Virus record (IMG/VR): IMGVR_UViG_3300042473_001265
Span: 248,001 to 312,000 of that record
Direction: 5' to 3' (one strand)
Length of the DNA: 64,000 nt
The position numbers and the translations under genes are program-made. Under the pieces are notes generated by a model that searched no databases, was not told where the DNA came from, and saw only the letters and a list, made by a program, of their open reading frames with translations. This document shows positions 27,439 through 36,085 of the stretch, piece after piece. Numbering within the stretch: the first letter of the stretch is position 1; each line of letters begins with the position of its first letter.

Positions 27439-28154
27439 AAACAGTTATAGTATTTCGAGAAGGCCACAGCGGACACTATTTAAAGTCTATAATTTTAAAT
27501 AGTAGTTTGCATGGTGTTGGATTCAGAATGTCTGAAAATCATAAAGCAAGTGGTATCACGCTGACCCATAACAACAATTATCAAGATCATACATTGGAAT
27601 TTGATTTGGCATTAAGGATCTTGCCTACTAAAAAAATCTATTCAGCAATATATAATAACTTTATGAAAAAGCTAATAGACGAACAGTATTGTTTTACGGT
27701 ATTAGACAATTGGCATGCTGATACAGTGTTTTGGTACGACCGTTGTTACCACAATATAATAGAATACCATGATTTGATCACAAAAGATATACAATCTAAC
27801 TGTTATACAAATATTATTGATTTTGACCAATTGTTAGATAAAAACTATTTAAGTGATATTTTATACAAATATTTTCAAATTGAATTTGATGACAGCCGGG
27901 AAACTATTAGAAAAACATACGAAGGATTGCAGTTACCCGTAGAATTGGATCAAGACAGATCCAGTATGGAAGATATTGTAGATGTAATCGAAGACACACT
28001 ATTACTAAAAAATCCGTGGTTTTTTACCTATTGCATACACAAATATGAATTAGCAAATAATTTTACATCTCAAAATAGACTATGGTCAATTAACAACATT
28101 GACCAACCGCCGACCAAACAATTATTACTGTCGTTAGCCGCGCAATATAGTTAA
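27435..28154 (+). CDS. Hypothetical protein (AT-rich cassette)
   Basis: 239 aa; N-terminal 'VFREGHSGHYL' is weakly sulfotransferase/P-loop-like. Confidence 0.65.
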   Translation: MKTVIVFREGHSGHYLKSIILNSSLHGVGFRMSENHKASGITLTHNNNYQDHTLEFDLALRILPTKKIYSAIYNNFMKKLIDEQYCFTVLDNWHADTVFWYDRCYHNIIEYHDLITKDIQSNCYTNIIDFDQLLDKNYLSDILYKYFQIEFDDSRETIRKTYEGLQLPVELDQDRSSMEDIVDVIEDTLLLKNPWFFTYCIHKYELANNFTSQNRLWSINNIDQPPTKQLLLSLAAQYS

Positions 28155-28184
28155 TATTTAGATTTGATCTAATTGCCCATCCGA

Positions 28185-28190
28185 TAAATA
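28185..28190 (+). promoter_or_regulatory. TAAATA late-promoter-like motif
   Basis: Upstream of the 28213-31866 operon. Confidence 0.55.
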
Positions 28191-28212
28191 ACACAAAGGT
28201 GTCAGGCCCAAA

Positions 28213-28461
28213 ATGCAAAAGAAAACTAGAAGTTTGTTAGAAGAACTCGATTCAATGTACGTTGAGCGTGACAACCGCCATGTGATTGAAAACCGTGCCA
28301 GTAACATCATAGCCAGTGCCATACGCCTGCTAGAGCAGATTGACTCCATTTACGAGCCCGAAACTGCTAAGAATTTACAACGCAAATTGCTCAATGCCAT
28401 CAACCTGCGTGACCCAGGCAAATTTACCAGAACCGTGAGAAAAACTGATGCAAATTCATGA
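28213..28461 (+). CDS. Hypothetical protein
   Basis: 82 aa helical ORF after the late motif. Confidence 0.75.
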   Translation: MQKKTRSLLEELDSMYVERDNRHVIENRASNIIASAIRLLEQIDSIYEPETAKNLQRKLLNAINLRDPGKFTRTVRKTDANS

Positions 28462-30001
28462 ACTGAGTCGTAGACGCCGCACAGACGAAGGTGTCTTTGA
28501 CGTCGTTAAAGGTATCGGTAAGGCCGCAGGTTCTGCTCTCGGGGCTGCCACCGGCGTCACCAATCCCAATGCACAAGCAGCCTCTGCAGGAATTCTTGAC
28601 CCTGCAAAAAAATTAGACGCAGTAAGAAAAAACAAGGACATGCAGAGAGTTGCTGCACAACTGGCCGCAGGATGGACTGCAGAAGCAACAAAACTAACTA
28701 AGGCACCAGCAGCTGGTGCAGCACCACTGCCCGAAGCAGTGGGCACATACAATAAAAAAACTGGCGCAGCAAATTTAGATGGTAAAACAATGACTTCATT
28801 GTCAGACTTGCCGCCTGCAATACAGCAACAGATACAAGCAAAACAACAAGCTGCTGTACCAGGCAGCGATGCTACACCAACATCTGCAGAACAAGATGCA
28901 GCCGATGCAAGAGTTGCAGCTTCTGGTGCAAGTCCCGAAGAAGTTGCAAAGCAACGAGCAGCTAGAGAACAAACAATAGCAGCCAGAACTTCGCGTACTG
29001 CACCAACGGTCAAAACAGCTGATCCATCCGTTGATCCAAGATTAAATCCAACTGCTAATCCAAGATTAAATCCAACTGCTAATCCGGCGATAAATCCAAC
29101 TGCTAATCCGGCGATAAATCCAACTGCTAATCCGGCGATAAATCCAACTGCTAATCCGGCTGCCGCAACAACAACACCAACTAAACCTGGCGCACCACCG
29201 GGATTCAATGCTGCCAATGTAATGAAGATGCCAGGCATGCAGCCGGCTGGTAAGAAACCTGCACCTGCCTCTGCTGCAACGACACCCAAGCCCGGTGCCC
29301 CTCCTGGATTCAATGCTGCCAATGTGATGAAGATGCCGGGCATGCCCGGACAACCTGCAACACCCGGGTCAATAACACCCGGAGCAGCAGGAGGTGGTGC
29401 TGGACAGCCCGACGCAGTAACACCGCCTGCTGACCCGGCAGAAAAAGAATATTGGAACAAGTTTTTAGCATATGTAAATAAAAAAACCGCCATTAGAGAT
29501 GCCAGCACTTATCAAATGATCGGGCTAGATCAAATTCAAAAGCAATCTGGATATAAAAATGAACTTGAAGCAGCCAAAGCCAAAATTTTACAAGCATACA
29601 AAGCCGGGCAAGATGTAACACCAGCAGCCACTGAATATATATTGACAGCAATGGCTGGCGCCCAACTGATATCTTCAAAAAATAGGGCCGGCGTGGAACT
29701 AGAACAGCCAGAAGTAGATCCAAACGATCCAGACGCTGCCGCAGGAGCCACAGGAGACAACGGTGCTGCCGCAGGCGGTGCAGCGCCTGGTACTGCGCCC
29801 GGTACTGCGCCCACTGCTGGTGGCAGAATTCTTGATACCGCAGGTGTACAAGGGCTATTCAAGTTGAACGGGGTTGATCCCGCACTGCTACCCAAACTTG
29901 GAACTGAATTAAGACGAGCCAGCGGAACCAACGCTGTGACCACAACTGGCAACGGCACAGTTGATAACATGCTGAAAGCATTGGGATTCAAAGTAACATG
30001 A
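28448..30001 (+). CDS. Ala/Pro/Gly-rich low-complexity protein, probable internal virion protein
   Basis: NPTANP repeats and a duplicated [18 protein letters not shown]; N-terminus MQIHE. Confidence 0.7.
   Translation: MQIHELSRRRRTDEGVFDVVKGIGKAAGSALGAATGVTNPNAQAASAGILDPAKKLDAVRKNKDMQRVAAQLAAGWTAEATKLTKAPAAGAAPLPEAVGTYNKKTGAANLDGKTMTSLSDLPPAIQQQIQAKQQAAVPGSDATPTSAEQDAADARVAASGASPEEVAKQRAAREQTIAARTSRTAPTVKTADPSVDPRLNPTANPRLNPTANPAINPTANPAINPTANPAINPTANPAAATTTPTKPGAPPGFNAANVMKMPGMQPAGKKPAPASAATTPKPGAPPGFNAANVMKMPGMPGQPATPGSITPGAAGGGAGQPDAVTPPADPAEKEYWNKFLAYVNKKTAIRDASTYQMIGLDQIQKQSGYKNELEAAKAKILQAYKAGQDVTPAATEYILTAMAGAQLISSKNRAGVELEQPEVDPNDPDAAAGATGDNGAAAGGAAPGTAPGTAPTAGGRILDTAGVQGLFKLNGVDPALLPKLGTELRRASGTNAVTTTGNGTVDNMLKALGFKVT
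29045..29161 (+). repeat. In-frame tandem repeat, 5 x 24 bp ([16 protein letters not shown])
   Basis: Units start at 29045, 29069, 29093, 29117, 29141. Confidence 0.95.
29183..29344 (+). repeat. Duplicated 19-codon motif [19 protein letters not shown]
   Basis: Copies at 29183-29239 and 29288-29344 with synonymous differences. Confidence 0.9.
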
Positions 30002-31866
30002 TATTAAAAGAAGGCGGCAATGTATTTAAAGATCAGAATGGTCGCATTCTGACTCAACGCATCAATCAAACAGACGTGAATCCCACCTTGGCCTGGTTGG
30101 AAATGCTGCTGCCGGGCCTGGATCTACAAAACAACAAACTGGGCTCAACTGGGCTAAAACCCACATCCGGTGACTTGGATATAGCAGTGGATGCCAATGT
30201 TGTCAGCAAAGACCAATTGGCTGCAAAACTGACTCAGTGGGCTCAGAGCCATGGTCTCAAACCCGAAGACTATGTGAAACGGTCCGGCATCAGTGTGCAT
30301 TTTAAAACGCCCATCAATGGAAGACCCACAATGGGCTATGTGCAAACTGACTTTATGTTTTTGACCAATGTGCCATTCTCCAAGTTTGCGCTGACAGCCG
30401 CTGCTGACAGCAAGTACGGCGGATCTGATCGCAATGTGCTGATCAACAGCATAGCCAAAAGCATGGGTTACAAACTGAATCAAACTTCGGGCATTGCCGA
30501 CCGCGCAACCAACAAAATTATCACAGATGATCCTGACAAGATTGCCAAGCTGTTGCTGAACAATCGTGCAACCAAAGAAGATTTGTACAGTGTAGAAACT
30601 ATTGTGGCTGCATTGGAACAGGATCCCAAGCGTGATGCCAAGTTGGCAGATGCTAGAGATCACTTTGCTAAAAAAGGTGTGCCTTTTATGGAAAGCGATG
30701 AACCAGTGTACAAAGAATACACCGAAGTGGATTTTCTTGCACGCCTGCGTGATCGTATTGTGAATCAAGGCATGCAGGTCATTGTGGAAGGTGCAAAGGA
30801 TGCCAGAATTGAACACTTAGAAGATCTAGTGTTTGAAAAAGGAACCCGGGGCATTCGTGAAGCAGTGGACATCATGCGACATGCTGCTGAAAATACTAGA
30901 GCAACTACCACTGTCAAGTGGGATGGAAAGCCCGCCATTATATTTGGACGCAAGCCTGACGGCACATTTGTGCTCACAGACAAAAGCGGATTCAGTGCCA
31001 AAGGCTACGACGGCTTGGCCACATCACCGGAGCATATTCAACAAATAATGGCCCTGCGCAAAGGTGACAGAACTGAACTGGTAGCTATCTATCAAAAGTT
31101 ATTTCCTCTGTTACGGGCTGCCACTCCGGAAAACATGCGCGGCTATGTGCAAGGCGATCTGTTGTACACCAACACTCCGCCCGAAGTTGCTGGCGCATTT
31201 GTGTTCCAACCAAACTTTGTTGAATACAAGATACCTGCTGGTAGTCAGCTGGGGCAGCGTATTGCTGCCAGCGAAGTGGGTGTTGCAATTCACACCAGAT
31301 ACAAAGATCCTGACAGTTCGCCTACTGCAATTAAAAACATCGCACTGGATCCTGTTCCAGGATTGTTGTTGATTGAACCCAGTGTCAAAGACATTCAAAA
31401 TATCGAACTCAATACTCAGTTGGTCAAGCAACTGAGTCAAATCATTTCTGTTCACGGCAAAGACATTGATGGATTGTTCAATCCTGCGGACCTTCGTTCA
31501 GCTGGTATCACTGACTTACCACAGTTATGCAAACGCTATATCAATTCTAGAATTACCAGCAACTACGACAACCTGCTGAATGGCTTTGGTGACTGGTTGC
31601 AGGCCAATGTGACACCACGCAAATTCAACAACATTGTGGAATATTTACAAAGCCCGCGATCCAACACCGACGGCATTACCGCAGCATTCGCAGCGTTCAT
31701 GTTGTTGCACGATATCAAAACTGACATGTTGACACAGTTGGATCGTCAGCAGCCAGGCCAGGAAGGCTGGGTACTAGCAACACCAGCAGGCCGCGCCAAA
31801 CTGGTGAATAGATTTGGATTCAGTGCAGGAAACCGTGCTCTAAACAACCCAGAACAAGCAGCCTAA
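29998..31866 (+). CDS. Two-domain nucleotidyltransferase: Pol-beta-superfamily NTase plus ATP-dependent ligase-like (KxDG) domain
   Basis: 'LGSTG....SGDLDIAVD' and 'VQTDF'; then 'TVKWDG', 'VQGDLLY', 'EGWVL', 'AKLVNR'. Confidence 0.6.
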   Translation: MILKEGGNVFKDQNGRILTQRINQTDVNPTLAWLEMLLPGLDLQNNKLGSTGLKPTSGDLDIAVDANVVSKDQLAAKLTQWAQSHGLKPEDYVKRSGISVHFKTPINGRPTMGYVQTDFMFLTNVPFSKFALTAAADSKYGGSDRNVLINSIAKSMGYKLNQTSGIADRATNKIITDDPDKIAKLLLNNRATKEDLYSVETIVAALEQDPKRDAKLADARDHFAKKGVPFMESDEPVYKEYTEVDFLARLRDRIVNQGMQVIVEGAKDARIEHLEDLVFEKGTRGIREAVDIMRHAAENTRATTTVKWDGKPAIIFGRKPDGTFVLTDKSGFSAKGYDGLATSPEHIQQIMALRKGDRTELVAIYQKLFPLLRAATPENMRGYVQGDLLYTNTPPEVAGAFVFQPNFVEYKIPAGSQLGQRIAASEVGVAIHTRYKDPDSSPTAIKNIALDPVPGLLLIEPSVKDIQNIELNTQLVKQLSQIISVHGKDIDGLFNPADLRSAGITDLPQLCKRYINSRITSNYDNLLNGFGDWLQANVTPRKFNNIVEYLQSPRSNTDGITAAFAAFMLLHDIKTDMLTQLDRQQPGQEGWVLATPAGRAKLVNRFGFSAGNRALNNPEQAA

Positions 31867-31889
31867 CCGGTAATTTTTCTCCAAATACA

Positions 31890-31895
31890 TAAATA
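31890..31895 (+). promoter_or_regulatory. TAAATA late-promoter-like motif
   Basis: Followed by AGGAG SD and ATG 31938. Confidence 0.6.
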
Positions 31896-31937
31896 AAAGT
31901 AGGTCAACCAAGACCACATACTTTAGGAGATTTTAAA

Positions 31938-32315
31938 ATGGCAAATATCACAACAGCAACGAACGGCACATACCAACCAGTATCCAACATGGACTCTGGA
32001 ACAGTAGCATCTTCACCAGGTGCTGGTTATCCAACACCGTTAAACAGCGCAACCAGTGCTGTCACAGTTAACTTGGCTGGTCCAAAGTTAGACTTCTTCA
32101 CAATCACTTTGGCAAGTTTGGCCACTAGTGGCGCAGTTTTGAATGCATGTATGCTTGCCATTCAAACCAAGGCCACTATTGCCATGTACGAAGTCACTGA
32201 CGCTGGTACAGATACACTGGCTATTGCTGTGTATCCCACAGGCGCTTGGACCACTGCTACACTAGACACTGCCACTGGCGGTAGTACAGCAGCCACTGCA
32301 ACATTCACAAACTAA
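31938..32315 (+). CDS. Small Ala/Thr-rich probable abundant virion protein (head decoration-like)
   Basis: Monocistronic unit: late motif, AGGAG SD, terminator. Confidence 0.55.
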   Translation: MANITTATNGTYQPVSNMDSGTVASSPGAGYPTPLNSATSAVTVNLAGPKLDFFTITLASLATSGAVLNACMLAIQTKATIAMYEVTDAGTDTLAIAVYPTGAWTTATLDTATGGSTAATATFTN

Positions 32316-32333
32316 GCAATTAGTTTTTGATAC

Positions 32334-32367
32334 AAAAACCCTGGATTAAAACCCAGGGTTTTCTTTT
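32334..32367 (+). terminator. Rho-independent terminator
   Basis: AAAAA-CCCTGG-ATTAAAAC-CCAGGG-TTTTCTTTT. Confidence 0.85.
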
Positions 32368-32372
32368 GGCGT

Positions 32373-32378
32373 TAAATA
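32373..32378 (+). promoter_or_regulatory. TAAATA late-promoter-like motif, leaderless arrangement
   Basis: 7 nt before ATG 32386, no SD. Confidence 0.55.
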
Positions 32379-32385
32379 CTTCATT

Positions 32386-32640
32386 ATGATGGTGAGCAAG
32401 ATTACCGAAGTGACGATATTTGAAAGTCCAGATGGCGGCCGGACAGTGTATGCACGTCACCCAGGCGCACAGAATCGGTCACTGCATTATCAAGATCCCA
32501 AACTAAAACAAGAACTAGATGAATTAGAACACAAGCGCCGCTGGGCAGAAATATTTGAATCCCGGCACAACAATGTAGCACTCAATGAACTGTGCAGTAA
32601 AGTTGAAGTGCTGTATGAATTGAGTAAAAAGAACAAATGA
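32386..32640 (+). CDS. Hypothetical protein
   Basis: 'TIFESPDGGRTVYAR'; late motif. Confidence 0.75.
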   Translation: MMVSKITEVTIFESPDGGRTVYARHPGAQNRSLHYQDPKLKQELDELEHKRRWAEIFESRHNNVALNELCSKVEVLYELSKKNK

Positions 32641-33077
32641 AATATGCAGTACAAACTTTCTTTGACATAACAGCCACTGGAATTACAGGACATTTTAAAC
32701 CGTCAAGGATTCCGTTTCGCGACAATGCAGGAAATATGATAACCGATGCAGAATCCTGGAATCGTGCTAGAAATCAACAACGCAACTGGGAAACCGTAAC
32801 ACAGATTCTTGGACTAAGAACTCAGCTGTTCCGCCTGCAAGATCCCATAGTAGACACATCACGCAGTGCATGGATGTTTGAATTCGAAACAGAATCTGAC
32901 AACATATACGGCAATGATGTTGATCCCACCAGCATATTGAGAGCCGATGCGGATGGTGTGCCCATGCTGACCGGACTGGATAACAAGCACGAATTGGCAT
33001 CGACCATTGTCACTCAGGGCCCGGCTCAGAATATTTGGTTTGTTCCGGTCTCCATAAATAGATCAACGGAGACTTAA
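32637..33077 (+). CDS. Hypothetical protein
   Basis: 146 aa, ATGA-coupled. Confidence 0.75.
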   Translation: MKYAVQTFFDITATGITGHFKPSRIPFRDNAGNMITDAESWNRARNQQRNWETVTQILGLRTQLFRLQDPIVDTSRSAWMFEFETESDNIYGNDVDPTSILRADADGVPMLTGLDNKHELASTIVTQGPAQNIWFVPVSINRSTET

Positions 33078-33341
33078 ATGGTTGATACTACCAATATTGA
33101 AAAGAAAAGTTTAGAAGCACATGTGGAACTGTGTGCTGAACGCTACAGTGCGTTGGAATCAAGATTGGATAATGTAGATTCTAAAATTTCTCAGCTTGAA
33201 AAAATCATTTGTGAAGTGCGCGACATGGTACAGTCCATGGCCGAAAAACGCAATGATCAATTGATCAACTGGGGCATAGGTACCATTGGTACACTAGTTG
33301 CTGTGGTTGGGTACCTTATTACACAATACGTTCTTAAATGA
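33078..33341 (+). CDS. Coiled-coil protein with C-terminal transmembrane helix (XhlA/holin-like architecture)
   Basis: Heptad region followed by 'WGIGTIGTLVAVVGYLI'; TAAATA at 33055-60 and GGAG SD. Confidence 0.65.
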   Translation: MVDTTNIEKKSLEAHVELCAERYSALESRLDNVDSKISQLEKIICEVRDMVQSMAEKRNDQLINWGIGTIGTLVAVVGYLITQYVLK

Positions 33342-33835
33342 CCCTAGACACACAATTTGAACGCCTGTTTAAAACTGAGTTTGCGGCGCTACAGTCCAAC
33401 AGTCTTTGGAAAAATGATGCTGGAGAATACCAAGTATTTGGGCGTTATCGCATTGTGAAAGAATCAGCAGGCTACAGAGTATACTGTTCTCTAACTGAAG
33501 TTGGGCTTTTTCACAGCACAAGAGCAGCACTGAGCTGGTGTATTGCCGACAAGTTTGCGCGGTATAACACAGCCAGGGATATACTACAGCTGGACAATAA
33601 TTTACATTTTTTAACAGTGGATATCAACACCAGAGCTGCCCTGGGTGATCGTGCAAAAACTGCTGATCAGCATGAAATTATACTGACCAAGCTGGAAAGT
33701 AAAATTATACAGAAAAAAGAGATAGAAAATAGGTTAGACATTTGTGTCAACTGGGCTAAATATTATCAACAACAAGGATTCGACAATGAAACTGCAAGAC
33801 CTGGCCGTGCTGCCACAAACAAAACAAATCGCTAA
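33338..33835 (+). CDS. Hypothetical protein
   Basis: 165 aa, ATGA-coupled. Confidence 0.7.
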   Translation: MTLDTQFERLFKTEFAALQSNSLWKNDAGEYQVFGRYRIVKESAGYRVYCSLTEVGLFHSTRAALSWCIADKFARYNTARDILQLDNNLHFLTVDINTRAALGDRAKTADQHEIILTKLESKIIQKKEIENRLDICVNWAKYYQQQGFDNETARPGRAATNKTNR

Positions 33836-34655
33836 AGTATTCGAAAGTTACTTTGGTAATACCATTACCTTTGAATCAATTTCCAAGCGCCATGCACATG
33901 CCATGTTGGGCCGAGTACGCAGCTTGATAAGCGAGCACCGTGCCACCACTTCCTATCATGGCAGTGAAAAAAGCCCAGCCTACTTAAAGTTGGTAATGAT
34001 GGAACAAGTGCTGACCAAGAAACTTCGTGAAGAATTTCCAAGCACTGATGGCACTGCTGCGGTTGATCCAGCCAAGACCAAACAGGCCCTGGCCAAAATT
34101 CAAGATCCCAAACTCAAAGCTGCCATGACCAAAAGCGCAGCCGGACAGACACTTTCACCAGACGAACAAAAACTTGTGCAAGGTGCAGCACTGCAAGCAG
34201 TGGCCGCAGAAAGCCGTCGTAGAACTGGTCGCCGTTTGAGTGAAAGCGAAGTGCAACAAGCTCAGGTTATCCTGGCCAGTCAAGACATGGTTGACCAAGT
34301 ACAGAAGATGATTGAACAGGTCACTTCGTTACAATTTAAAGATTTGCCTGCGTTGGTAGATCAGATTCGCAATGAAATTGGCTACGAGCAAGCAACAAAA
34401 TTCAATGCCGACGCAACTGCTGCACTGGGCGGCATGGTTCAAAACTTGCAGGGCTCCAAAACACAATTGGAAGCTGCAATGGGCACAGTCACTGGTCAAG
34501 CTCCAGTAATACCCGGCGGCGATGTAGCTGCTGAATTACCAGTTGATCCAATGGCTGATCCAATGGCTGCTGCGCCAGCAGATGATTTAGACATCGATGT
34601 TGATGCAGACATTGAAGAACCAGTTTCGGCTGGTCTAGGTCGCGATCGCAGATAA
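33786..34655 (+). CDS. Helical protein with acidic tail, putative prohead core/scaffold-like protein
   Basis: TAAATA 33757-62, AAGGA SD, start MKLQDL; internal L-x-E sites; D/E/A/P-rich C-terminus. Confidence 0.55.
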   Translation: MKLQDLAVLPQTKQIAKVFESYFGNTITFESISKRHAHAMLGRVRSLISEHRATTSYHGSEKSPAYLKLVMMEQVLTKKLREEFPSTDGTAAVDPAKTKQALAKIQDPKLKAAMTKSAAGQTLSPDEQKLVQGAALQAVAAESRRRTGRRLSESEVQQAQVILASQDMVDQVQKMIEQVTSLQFKDLPALVDQIRNEIGYEQATKFNADATAALGGMVQNLQGSKTQLEAAMGTVTGQAPVIPGGDVAAELPVDPMADPMAAAPADDLDIDVDADIEEPVSAGLGRDRR

Positions 34656-34996
34656 TGCGTTTACGAGAGTTCGCTGAAGATCAAGCTGATGGTCAAAAAC
34701 TTGCGGCATTGGCCACCTTTCTCAGCGACCGAGCCAATGACGAAGCAGCAGCAAAACAAATTAGCAAAAAAACATTCATCGAACTTGCCCGCTCTGTGGG
34801 TGTCAATGTAAACGACACCAATCTCAATGACATGGTTGCTGCTGAACCACTCAGCAACATCCTCAACCCAATTGATACTGGTTCAGACATAATCAGTTTC
34901 AAAGGCGACACAGAAGCTGCCACCGGCATGAGTGTTGATCAAGCTCAAGAAGTGGTCAACAGCAATGCCAAGTCGGCAATGAAACGCCGTCAGTAA
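34655..34996 (+). CDS. Hypothetical protein, probable head-associated
   Basis: TAATG-coupled; N-terminus MRLREF. Confidence 0.7.
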   Translation: MRLREFAEDQADGQKLAALATFLSDRANDEAAAKQISKKTFIELARSVGVNVNDTNLNDMVAAEPLSNILNPIDTGSDIISFKGDTEAATGMSVDQAQEVVNSNAKSAMKRRQ

Positions 34997-35121
34997 CACA
35001 CTCAAAATCGCAGTATACTCAAAAGACTAGTAAATACACTGAGAGTGTAGTATACTATACGCATAGCTATTATTACGATAGCTGTAAATTCAACAATTTA
35101 ATACAACAGGAAATTTTTTAA

Positions 35122-35325
35122 ATGGCATCAGGTAAAGTAAAATGGTTTAATGAAACCAAAGGTTTTGGGTTTATTACTCCAGACGCAGGCGGAGAAGAAC
35201 TGTTCGCACACTACACAGCAATTCAAACAGATGGATTCAAGGTCCTCAAAGAAAATCAGCGTGTATCTTACGATGTAGTTCAAGGACAAAAAGGCCTGCA
35301 AGCATCTAACATTGTGCCACAGTAA
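35122..35325 (+). CDS. cspA: Cold-shock protein (CspA family)
   Basis: 'GKVKWFN', RNP1 'KGFGFI', RNP2 'LFAHY', 'KGLQASN'. Confidence 0.97.
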   Translation: MASGKVKWFNETKGFGFITPDAGGEELFAHYTAIQTDGFKVLKENQRVSYDVVQGQKGLQASNIVPQ

Positions 35326-35335
35326 ATCGCAACAG

Positions 35336-35357
35336 GCCGGGTTACTCCGGCTTTTTT
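35336..35357 (+). terminator. Rho-independent terminator
   Basis: GCCGG-GTTACT-CCGGC-TTTTTT. Confidence 0.85.
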
Positions 35358-35381
35358 ATCAAATTATAAAACAATCAACAT

Positions 35382-35765
35382 ATGGCCTATTCAGAAAAAG
35401 TAGTTGATCATTATGAGAACCCAAGAAATGTAGGCAGCTTTGCCAAAGAAGATGGTGATGTCGGCACAGGCATGGTCGGGGCTCCGGCCTGCGGCGATGT
35501 GATGAAGCTGCAAATCAAAGTCACCGACGGAGTAATCACAGATGCAAGATTTAAAACATACGGTTGCGGCAGCGCGATTGCGTCAAGTTCGCTTGTTACT
35601 GAATGGGTCAAAGGACTCACCCTTGAGCAGGCGGAAACGATCAAAAATAGCGAAATTGCTACTGAGCTTGCCCTTCCCCCTGTTAAAATTCATTGTTCAA
35701 TACTTGCAGAAGATGCCATCAAAGCGGCGGTAGCTGACTATAGAATCAAGCATCCAGCGCAATGA
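35382..35765 (+). CDS. iscU: Fe-S cluster scaffold protein IscU
   Basis: 'DHYENPRNVG', 'GAPACGDVM', 'KTYGCGSAIASSS', 'LPPVKIHCS'. Confidence 0.97.
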   Translation: MAYSEKVVDHYENPRNVGSFAKEDGDVGTGMVGAPACGDVMKLQIKVTDGVITDARFKTYGCGSAIASSSLVTEWVKGLTLEQAETIKNSEIATELALPPVKIHCSILAEDAIKAAVADYRIKHPAQ

Positions 35766-36085
35766 TCGAAGTCACTGACACTGCTGCTAAAAAAATTAAA
35801 AAAAGTTTAGCCGCTCGCGGTCGCGGTGAAGGCATCCAAATTGGTGTACGAACCACTGGTTGTTCGGGACTTGCTTATGTGTTAGAATATGTAGACAATC
35901 CCAATTTGCATTGTGTACGACATTACGATTCAAATGGTGTACGGGTGTTCATTGATCCCAAACACCTGCCGTACTTGGATGGCATGATAGTAGATTTCAA
36001 AAGGAACGGCCTCAACGAAGGTTTTGAGTTTATCAACAAAAACGAGCGCGACCGCTGCGGTTGCGGAGAATCATTCAGAGTTTAG
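35762..36085 (+). CDS. iscA: Fe-S cluster carrier protein IscA
   Basis: 'GVRTTGCSGLAY', 'CGCGESF'. Confidence 0.95.
   Translation: MIEVTDTAAKKIKKSLAARGRGEGIQIGVRTTGCSGLAYVLEYVDNPNLHCVRHYDSNGVRVFIDPKHLPYLDGMIVDFKRNGLNEGFEFINKNERDRCGCGESFRV

Noticed and set aside
29045-29161. 24-bp repeats as a CRISPR array
   Set aside because: Units are contiguous with no unique spacers and stay in frame within a CDS
28456-29508. 350-aa antisense ORF
   Set aside because: Shadow of the Ala/Pro/Gly-rich plus-strand gene, whose codons lack antisense stops; mirrors its repeats and has no SD or promoter
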